A model generated the notes under the pieces. The model did not search any database, was not told the DNA's origin, and was given only the letters and a program-made list of their open reading frames with translations. Source: Bugula neritina (taxonomy: Eukaryota; Animalia; Bryozoa). From it: DNA of 64,000 nt. How positions within the stretch are numbered: the stretch's first letter is position 1; every line of letters begins with the position of its first letter. Both the position numbers and the translations under genes were made by a program. This document shows, in pieces, positions 16,161-26,272 of the stretch. The DNA lies in assembly GCA_964035545.1 (NCBI GenBank), contig OZ037766.1:18439081-18503080 (forward strand). Direction: 5' to 3'.

Positions 16161-19100
16161 TACAGTACATTTTCGTAAATTACACTATACTTCAGTGAGT
16201 TGTAGTATATTTCAGTATCTTGCAGTATATCTCAGTATGTTACAGTATATTTCAGTATGTTACAGTATATTTCACTGTGTTACAGTAAATTTCAATATGT
16301 TACAGTGCATTTGCAGATATTACACTATACTTCAGTGAGTTTTAGTGCCTTTCAGTATGTTACAGTGTATTTCAGTATGTTGCAGTATTTTGCAATATAT
16401 ATCAGTATGTTACAGTGTATTTCAGTATGTTGCAGTATATTTCAGTATGTTACAATAAATTTCAGTATGTTACAGCATATTTCCATGAATTACACTATAC
16501 TTCAGTGAGTTGTAGTATATTTCAGTATCTTGCAGTATATCTCAGTATGTTACAGTATATTTCAGTTTGTTACAGTAAATTTCAGTATGTTACAGTGCAT
16601 TTGCAGATATTACACTATACTTCAGTGAGTTTTAGTGTCTTTCAGTATGTTGCAGTATATTTCGGTATTTTGCAACATATTTCAATATGTTGCAATGTAT
16701 TTCAATATGTTACAGTGTATTTCAGTATGTTGCAGTATGTTGCAATGTATTTCAGAATGTTACAGTGTATTTCAGTAGGTTTGAGTATCTTGCAGTATAT
16801 TTCAGCATGTTGCAGTATATTTCAGGATGTTGCAGTATATTTCAGTATGTTACGGTGTTTTGCAGTATTTTGCAGTATATTTCAGTGTGTTACAGTATAT
16901 TTCATTATGTTGCAGTATGTTGCAGTATATTTCAGTATGTTACAGTATATTTCAGTTTGTTACAGTAAATTTCAGTATGTTACAGTGCATTTGCAGATAT
17001 TACACTATACTTCAGTGAGTTTTAGTGTCTTTCATTATGTTGCAGTATATTTCAGTATGTTGCAGTATTTTGCAATGTATTTCAATATGTTACAGTGTAT
17101 TTCAGTATGTTGCAGTATGTTGCAATGTATTTCAGTATGTTACAGTGTATTTCAGTATCTTACAGTACATTTCCGTAAATTACACTACACTTCAGTGAGT
17201 TGTAGTATATTTTAGTATCTTGCAGTATATCTCAGTATGTTACAGTATATTTCAGTATGTTACAGTATATTTCAGTGTGTTACAGTAAATTTCAGTATGT
17301 TACAGTGCATTTGCAGATATTACACTATACTTCAGTGAGTTTTAGTGTCTTTCAGTATCTTGCACTATATTTCAGTATGTTGCAATATTTTGCAATATAT
17401 TTTAGTATGTTATAGTGTATTTCAGTACGTTGCAGTATATTTCAGTATGATACAATAAATTTCAGTGTGTTACAGTACATTTCTGCAAATTACACTATAC
17501 TTCAGTGAGTTGTAGTATATTTCAGTATCTTGCAGTATATCTCAGTATGTTACAGTTGATTTCAGTATGTTCCAGTATATTTCAGCGTGTTTCAGTATAT
17601 TTCAGTATGCCACAGTGCATTTTCAGATTATTCACTATACTTCAGTGAGTTTTAGTGTCTTTCAGTATGTTGCAGTATATTTCGGTATCTTGCAACTTAT
17701 TTCAATGTGTTGCAATGTAATTCAATATGTTACAGTGTATTTCAGTTTGATACAATAAATTTCAGTATGTTACAGTACATTTCCGTAAATTACACTATAC
17801 TTCAGTGAGTTGTAGTATATTTCAGTATCTTGCAGTATGTCTCAGTATGTTACAGTATATTTCAGTATGTTGCAGTATATTTCAGCGTGTTTGAGTATAT
17901 TTCAGTATGACACAGTGCATTTCCAGATATTACGCTATACTTCAGTGAGTTTTAGTGACTTTCAGTATGTTGCAGTATATTTCGGTGTTTTGCAACATAT
18001 TTCAATATGTTGCAATGTATTTCAATATGTTACAGTGTATTTCAGTATGTTGCAGTATGTTGCAATGTATTTCAGTATGTTACAGTGTATTTCAGTAGGT
18101 TTCAGTATCTTGCAGTATATTTCAGCATGTTGCAGTATATTTCAGGATGTTGCAGTATATTTCAGTATGTTACAGTGTTTTGCAGTATTTTGCAGTATAT
18201 TTCAGTGTGTTACAGTATATTTCATTATGTTGCAGTATGTTGCAGTATATTTCAGTAGTTTGCAACATATTTCAGTAGGTTACCATATATTTCGGTATGT
18301 TGCAGCATATTTCAAGGTGTTGCAGTGTATTTCAATATGTTACAGTGTATTTCAGTCTGTTGCAGTATGTTCCATTATGCTGCAGTGTATTTCTGTATGT
18401 TACAGTGTATTTCAGTATGTTGCAGTACATTTCAGTATGTTACAGTATATTTCAGTATGTTGCAGTATATTTCAGTGGGTTATAGCATATTTCAGTATGA
18501 TACAGCGTATTTCAGTATGTTACAGTGTACTTCAGTATGTTGCAGTATTTTGCAATATATTTCAGTATGTTACAGTGTATTTCAGTATGTTGCAGTATAA
18601 TTCAGTATGTTACAATAAATTTCAGTGTGTTACAGTACATTTCCGTAAATTACACTATACTTCAGTGAGTTGTAGTATATTTCAGTATCTTGCAGTATAT
18701 CTCAGTATGTTACAATATATTTCAGTATCTTACAGTACATTTCCGTAAATTACACTACACTTCAGTGAGTTGTAGTATATTTCAGTATCTTGCAGTATAT
18801 CTCAGTATGTTACAGTATATTTCAGTATGTTACAGTATATTTTAGTGTGTTACAGTAAATTTCAGTATGTTACAGTGCATTTGCAGATATTACACTATAC
18901 TTTAGTGAGTTTTAGTGTCTTTCAGTATCTTGCAGTATATTTCAGTATGTTGCAGTATTTTGCAATATATTTTAGTATGTTACGGTGTATTTCAGTACGT
19001 TGCAGTATATTTCAGTATGATACAATAAGTTTCAGTGTGTTACAGTACATTTCTGCAAATTACACTATACTTCAGTGAGTTGTAGTATATTTCAGTATCT

Positions 19101-22100
19101 TGCAGTATATCTCAGTATGTTACACTTGATTTCAGTATGTTCCAGTATAGTTCAGCGTGTTTCAGTATATTTCAGTATGCCACAGTGCATTTTCAGATTT
19201 TTCACTATACTTCAGTGAGTTTTAGTGTCTTTCAGTATGTTGCAGTATATTTCGGTATCTTGCAACTTATTTCAATGTGTTGCAATGTAATTCCATATGT
19301 TGCAGTGTATTTCAGTATGTTGCAGTATGTTGCAGTGTATTTCAGTATGTTACAGTGTATTTCAGTAGGTTTCAGTATCTTGCAGTATATTTAAGTATGT
19401 TGCAGTATATTTCAGTGGGTTACAGTATATTCCAGTATGTTCCAGTATGTTGCAGTATATTTCAGGATGTTGCAGTGTATTTCATTATGTTACAGTGTAT
19501 TTCAGTGGTTTGCAACATATTTCAGTAGGTTACCATATATTTCGGTATGTTGCAGCATATTTCAATGCGTTGCAGTGTATTTCAATATGTTACAGTGTAT
19601 TTCAGTATGTTGCAGTATGTTGCAGTGTATTTCTGTATGTTACGGTGTAGTTCAGTATGTTGCAGTATATTTCAGTATGTTACAGTATGTTTCAGTATGT
19701 TGCAGTATATTTCGGTATCTTGCAACTTATTTCAATGTGTTGCAATGTAATTCAATATGTTACAGTGTATTTCAATATGTTGCAGTACATTTCAGTATGT
19801 TACAGTATATTTCAGTATGTTGCAGTATATTTCAGTGGGTTATAGCATATTTCAGTATGATACAGCGTATTTCAGTATGTTACAGTGTACTTAAGTATGT
19901 TGCAGTATTTTGCAATGTATTTCAGTATGTTACAGTGTATTTCAGTATGTTGCAGTATATTTCAGTATGTTACAATAAATTTCAGTATGTTACAGTACAT
20001 TTCCGTAAGTTACACTATACTTCAGGTAGTTGTAGTATATTTCAGTATCTTGCAGTCTATCTCAGTATGTTACAGCATATTTCATTGTGTTGCAGTGTAT
20101 TTCAATATGTTACAGTGTATTTCAGTATGTTGCAGTATGTTGCAGTATGCTGCAGTATGTTGCAGTGTATTTCTGTATTTTACAGTGTATTTCAGTATGT
20201 TGCAGTATATTTCAGCATGTTACAGTATATTTCAGTATGTTGCAGTATATTTCAGTGGGTTATAGTATATTTCAGTATGATACAGCGTATTTCGTTATGT
20301 TACAGTGTATGTCAGTATGTTGCAGTATTTTCCAATGTATTTCAGTATGTTACAGTGTATTTCAGTATGTTGCAGTATAATTCAGTATGTTACAATAAAT
20401 TTCAGTATGTTACAGTACATTTCCGTAAATTACACTATACTTCAGTGAGTTGTAGTATATTTCAGTTTCTTGCAGTATATCTCAGTATGTTACAGTATAT
20501 TTCAGTATGTTACAGTATGTTGCAATGTATTTCAGTATGTTACAGTGTAATTCAGTATCTTACAGTACATTTCCGTAAATTACACTACACTTCAGTGAGT
20601 TGTAGTATATTTCAGTATCTTGCAGTATATCTCAGTATGTTACAGTATATTTCAGTATGTTACAGTATATTTCAGTGTGTTACAGTAATTTTCAGTATGT
20701 TACAGTGCATTTGCAGATATTACACTATACTGCAGTGAGTTTTAGTGTCTTTCAGTATCTTGCAGTATATTTCAGTATGTTGCAATATTTTGCAATTTAT
20801 TTTAGTATGTTATAGTGTATTTCAGTACGTTGCAGTATATTTCAGTATGATACAATAAATTTCAGTGTGTTACAGTACATTTCTGCAAATTACACTATAC
20901 TTCAGTGAGTTGTAGTATATTTCAGTATCTTGCAGTATATCTCAGCATGTTACAGTTGATTTCAGTATGTTCCGGTATATTTCAGCGTGTTTCAGTATAT
21001 TTCAGTATGCCACAGTGCATTTTCAGATTATTCACTATACTTCAGTGAGTTTTAGTGTCTTTCAGTATGTTGCAGTATATTTCGGTATCTTGCAACTTAT
21101 TTCAATGTGTTGCAATGTAATTCAATATGTTACAGTGTATTTCAGTATGTTACAGTGTATTTCAGTATGTTGCAGTATTTTGCAATATATATCAGTATGT
21201 TACAGTGTATTTCAGTATTTTGCAGTATGTTTCAGTATGTTACAATAAATTTCAGTATGTTACAGTATATTTCCGTAAATTACACTATACTTCAGTGAGT
21301 TGTAGTATATTTCAGTATCTTGCAGTATATCTCAGTATGTTACAGTATATTTCAGTATGTTACAGTATATTTCAGTTTGTTACAGTAAATTTCAGTATGA
21401 TACAGTGCATTTGCAGATATTACACTATACTTCAGTGAGTTTTAGTGTCTTTCATTATGTTGCAGTATATTTCAGTATGTTGCAGTAATTTGCAATACAT
21501 TTTATTATGTTACAGTGTATTTCAGTATGTTGCAGTATATTTCAGTTTGATACAATAAATTTCAGTATGTTACAGTACATTTCCGTAAATTACACTATAC
21601 TTCAGTGAGTTGTAGTATATTTCAGTTTCTTGCAGTATATCTCAGTATGTTACAGTATATTTCAGTATGTTGCAGTATATTTCAGCGTGTTTGAGTATAT
21701 TTCAGTATGACACAGTGCATTTCCAGATATTACGCTATACTTCAGTGAGTTTTAGTGTCTTTCAGTATGTTGCAGTATATTTCGGTGTTTTGCAACATAT
21801 TTCAATATGTTGCAATGTATTTCAATATGTTACAGTGTATTTCAGTATGTTGCAGTATGTTGCAATGTATTTCAGTATGTTACAGTGTATTTCAGTAGGT
21901 TTCAGTATCTTGCAGTATATTTCAGCGTGTTTCAGTATATTTCAGTATGCCACAGTGCATTTTCAGATTATTCACTATACTTCAGTGAGTTTTAGTGTCT
22001 TTCAGTATGTTGCAGTATATTTCGGTATCTTGCAACTTATTTCAATGTGTTGCAATGTAATTCAATATGTTACAGTGTATTTCAGTATGTTGCAGTACAT

Positions 22101-23547
22101 TTCAGTATGTTACAGTATATTTCAGTATGTTGCAGTATATTTCAGTGGGTTTTAGCATATTTCAGTATGATACAGCGTATTTCAGTATGTTACAGTGTAC
22201 TTCAGTATGTTGCAGTATTTTGCAATATATTTCAGTATGTTACAGTGTATTTCAGTATGTTGCAGTATATTTCAGTATGTTACATTAAATTTCAGTATGT
22301 TACAGTACATTTCCGTAAGTTACACTATACTTCAGGTAGTTGTAGCATATTTCAGTATCTTGCAGTATATCTCAGTATGTTACAGCATATTTCATTGTGT
22401 TGCAGTGTATTTCAATATGTTACAGTGTATTTCAGTATGTTGCAGTATGTTGCAGTATGCTGCAGTATGTTGCAGTGTATTTCTGTATGTTACAGTGTAT
22501 TTCAGTATGTTGCAGTATATTTCAGTATGTTACAGTATATTTCAGTATGTTGCAGTATATTTCAGTGGGTTATAGTACATTTCCGTATGATACAGCGTCT
22601 TTCAGTATGTTACAGTGTATTTCAGTATGTTGCAGTATTTTGCAATATGTTTCAGTATGTTCCAGTGTATTTCAGTATGTTGCAGTATAATTCTGTATGT
22701 TACAATAAATTTCAGTATGTTACAGCACATTTTCGTAAATTACATTATACTTCAGTGAGTTGTAGTATATTTCAGTATCTTGCAGTATATCTCAGTATGT
22801 TACAGTATATTTCAGTATGTTACAGTATATTTCAGTGTGTAACAGTAAATTTCAATATGTTACAGTGCTTTTGCAGATATTACACTATACTTCACTGAGT
22901 TTTAGTGCCTTTCAGTATGTTACAGTGTATTTCGGTATGTTGCAGTATTTTGCAATATATATCAGTATGTTACAGTGTATTTCAGTATGTTGCAGTATAT
23001 TTCAGTATGTTACATTAAATTTCAGTATGTTACAGTATATTTCCGTAAATTACACTATACTTCAGTGAGTTGTAGTATATTTCAATATCTTGCAGTATAT
23101 CTCAGTATGTTACAGTATATTTCAGTATGTTACAGTATATTTCAGTTTGTTACAGTAAATTTCAGTATGTTACAGTGCATTTGCAGATATTACACTATAC
23201 TTCAGTGAGTTTTAGTGTCTTTCATTATGTTGCAGTATATTTCAGTATGTTGCAGTATTTTGCAATACATTTTATTATGTTACAGTGTATTTCAGTATGT
23301 TGCAGTATATTTCAGTTTGATACAATAAATTTCAGTATGTTACAGTACATTTCCGTAAATTACACTATACTTCAGTGAGTTGTAGTCTATTTCAGTATCT
23401 TCAGTATATCTCAGTATGTTACAGTATATTTCAGCGTGTTTCAGTATATTTCAGTATGACACAGTGCATTTCCAGATATTACGCTCTACTTCAGTGAGTT
23501 TTAGTGTCTTTCAGTATGTTGCAGTATATTTCGGTATTTTCAACATA

Positions 23548-23579
23548 TGTGATGGCTGCTGTCATTTTTGGTCTCTTGG
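23548..23579 (+). repeat. Left terminal inverted repeat TGTGATGGCTGCTGTCATTTTTGGTCTCTTGG
   Basis: Matches the reverse complement of 24455-24486 (TGTGATGGCTCCCGTCAGTTTTGGTCTCTTGG) except at TIR positions 11, 13 and 18. Confidence 0.93.
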
Positions 23580-24144
23580 GGGTCTGCTAACATTTTTACT
23601 TTTTAATGTGGATGAGTAGAGTAGGACTTTGTGATCACATTGCAATTTAAATTTTTAAAATCAGTCAAATAGAACCATAGATATGCCCGGTTATACACAC
23701 AGCGGTCCTCAACAAACGACTTCTATTATTGCGAGTAATTAACAGTCAAAGTTCGGCGACTTAGAATTATACTAAATTTGTTGATTATCTACCTAGCAAC
23801 AGTGTCTTCAATTAGCTCCATCAGCCCAACAGTTAGTTACCAGGGGCGGTTTTTTACGCTGATCATGAAAATATTAATTTAAAATTCATATCTGCAATAT
23901 CTTAATCAATATTTCAGAGTTGAGTTCAGTATAATGAGAACATTTTGATGATTATCCCAAGAGATTAATACTATAATGCCACGTGGTTTCATAATAAAAT
24001 CTAACTCTTTTGGATCACTGTTGCCACTAAGTTCATCATTACTATTATGACCACTACTCTTCAGTCCTTGTTCTTAATTTTCAATGTAGAAACATTCTTT
24101 TAAATTGGTAATATCTGTTATCTATTAACTTGCAGCGCGATCTA

Positions 24145-24346
24145 GTCGCCATGTTTATTATTAGTAACAATTCTCAGTCAAATTATACTTAACTACGTTA
24201 CGCTCTACGCTACGCCGCTATTTGAACTATTGTTAAAGGTCGCGCTATTATGCTCTAATCACGTGACCAGCTTGCCAACCATGGAATGGCTCATTAAAAC
24301 ACCAATCATTCATAAACCATAGCAAATATCACAAAACTGATTGGAC
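24145..24346 (-). promoter_or_regulatory. Putative TATA-less Pol II promoter remnant inside the transposon (two CCAAT boxes, USF-type E-box, YY1/Kozak-like ATG)
   Basis: CTGATTGG at 24337-24344, ACCAATCA at 24301-24308, TCACGTGACC at 24259-24268, a CpG-rich patch at about 24135-24245, and minus-strand AAACATGGCG with ATG at 24152-24150. Motif evidence only. Confidence 0.45.
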
Positions 24347-24454
24347 AGCTAGAAAGAGCACATGTTAATTGCCTATTATACACTAAAAGCTGAAATTGAC
24401 CTATTTATGACAACTATAGATAAAACCCCTTATAACTAACAATAGCGAATAATG

Positions 24455-24486
24455 CCAAGAGACCAAAACTGACGGGAGCCATCACA
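24455..24486 (-). repeat. Right terminal inverted repeat CCAAGAGACCAAAACTGACGGGAGCCATCACA
   Basis: Reverse complement of the left TIR at 29/32 identity; followed directly by the duplicated TA at 24487-24488. Confidence 0.93.
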
Positions 24487-26259
24487 TATTTCAATATGTT
24501 GCAATGTATTTCAATATGTTACAGTGTATTTCAGTATCTTACAGTACATTTCCGTAAATTACACTACACTTCAGTGAGTTGTAGTATATTTCAGTATCTT
24601 GCAGTATATCTCAGTATGTTACAGTATATTTCAGTATGTTACAGTATATTTCAGTGTGTTACAGTAAATTTCAGTATGTTACAGTGCATTTGCAGATATT
24701 ACACTATACTTTAGTGAGTTTTAGTGTCTTTCAGTATCTTGCAGTATATTTCAGTATGTTGCAATATTTTGCAATATATTTTAGTATGTTACAGTGTATT
24801 TCAGTACCTTGCAGTATATTTCAGTATGATACAATAAATTTCAGTGTGTTGCAGTATATTTCAGTGGGTTATAGCATATTTCAGTATGATACAGCGTATT
24901 TCAGTATGTTACAGTGTACTTCAGTATGTTGCAGTATTTTGCAATATATTTCAGTATGTTACAGTGTATTTCAGTATGTTGCAGTATATTTCAGTATGTT
25001 ACATTAAATTTCAGTATGTTACAGTACATTTCCGTAAGTTACACTATACTTCAGGTAGTTGTAGCATATTTCAGTATCTTGCAGTATATCTCAGTATGTT
25101 ACAGCATATTTCATTGTGTTGCAGTGTATTTCAATATGTTACAGTGTATTTCAGTATGTTGCAGTATGTTGCAGTATGCTGCAGTACGTTGCAGTGTATT
25201 TCTGTATGTTACAGTGTATTTCAGTATGTTGCAGTATATTTCAGTATGTTACAGTATATTTCAGTATGTTGCAGTATATTTCAGTGGGTTATAGTACATT
25301 TCCGTATGATACAGCGTCTTTCAGTATGTTACAGTGTATTTCAGTATGTTGCAGTATTTTGCAATATGTTTCAGTATGTTCCAGTGTATTTCAGTATGTT
25401 GCAGTATAATTCTGTATGTTACAATAAATTTCAGTATGTTACAGCACATTTTCGTAAATTACATTATACTTCAGTGAGTTGTAGTATATTTCAGTATCTT
25501 GCAGTATATCTCAGTATGTTACAGTATATTTCAGTATGTTACAGTATATTTCAGTGTGTAACAGTAAATTTCAATATGTTACAGTGCTTTTGCAGATATT
25601 ACACTATACTTCACTGAGTTTTAGTGCCTTTCAGTATGTTACAGTGTATTTCGGTATGTTGCAGTATTTTGCAATATATATCAGTATGTTACAGTGTATT
25701 TCAGTATGTTGCAGTATATTTCAGTATGTTACATTAAATTTCAGTATGTTACAGTATATTTCCGTAAATTACACTATACTTCAGTGAGTTGTAGTATATT
25801 TCAATATCTTGCAGTATATCTCAGTATGTTACAGTATATTTCAGTATGTTACAGTATATTTCAGTTTGTTACAGTAAATTTCAGTATGTTACAGTGCATT
25901 TGCAGATATTACACTATACTTCAGTGAGTTTTAGTGTCTTTCATTATGTTGCAGTATATTTCAGTATGTTGCAGTATTTTGCAATACATTTTATTATGTT
26001 ACAGTGTATTTCAGTATGTTGCAGTATATTTCAGTTTGATACAATAAATTTCAGTATGTTACAGTACATTTCCGTAAATTACACTATACTTCAGTGAGTT
26101 GTAGTATATTTCAGTATCTTCAGTATATCTCAGTATGTTACAGTATATTTCAGCGTGTTTCAGTATATTTCAGTATGACACAGTGCATTTCCAGATATTA
26201 CGCTATACTTCAGTGAGTTTTAGTGTGTTTCAGTATGTTGCAGTATATTTCGGTATTTT

Positions 26260-26272
26260 CAACATAATATTT
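26260..26272. other. Probable transposon excision footprint (CAACA-TA-A-TA-TTT, +3 bp versus the empty site)
   Basis: Lies at the position homologous to the insertion (offset 2719) in the neighbouring duplicate. It shares the private G deletion CGGTATTTT^CAAC with the occupied site and retains a duplicated TA separated by one A. Confidence 0.8.

Larger units (their letters stand above)
1..23547 (+). repeat. 10-bp/20-bp satellite DNA array, left arm (monomers GTTGCAGTAT, GTTACAGTGT, ATTTCAGTAT and point variants)
   Basis: Each 10-nt block is a variant of RTTDCAGTRT. GTTRCAGTRT and ATTTCAGTAT mostly alternate, giving a 20-bp dimer. Orientation is constant and the array runs off the left edge of the window. 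Confidence 0.98.
23548..24486. mobile_element. Non-autonomous cut-and-paste DNA transposon (MITE-like or internally deleted), 939 bp; superfamily uncertain (TA TSD with TGT...ACA ends, or ATAT TSD with GTG...CAC ends at 23549-24485)
   Basis: Unique AT-rich sequence interrupts the satellite and is bounded by 32-bp inverted repeats (29/32 identical). The paralogous empty site reads CAACATATTTCAAT; here it reads CAACA-TA-[element]-TA-TTTCAAT. No internal ORF of 60 aa or more appears in the ORF track. Confidence 0.92.

Noticed and set aside
23416-23619. 67-aa ORF running from the satellite into the element as a chimeric gene
   Set aside because: It is chance read-through of a satellite ORF across the junction and stops about 70 bp inside the element.
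23570-24464. Inward-facing BsaI sites (GGTCTC 23570-23575, GAGACC 24459-24464) suggesting a synthetic Golden Gate insert
   Set aside because: The sites are simply part of a longer imperfect 32-bp TIR. The TSD and the homologous footprint at about 26265 point to natural transposition.
23548-24486. Solo LTR (TG...CA ends)
   Set aside because: With TGT...ACA ends the flanks (CATA / TATT) give no 4-6 bp TSD. A 32-bp TIR and an excision-type footprint fit a DNA transposon better.
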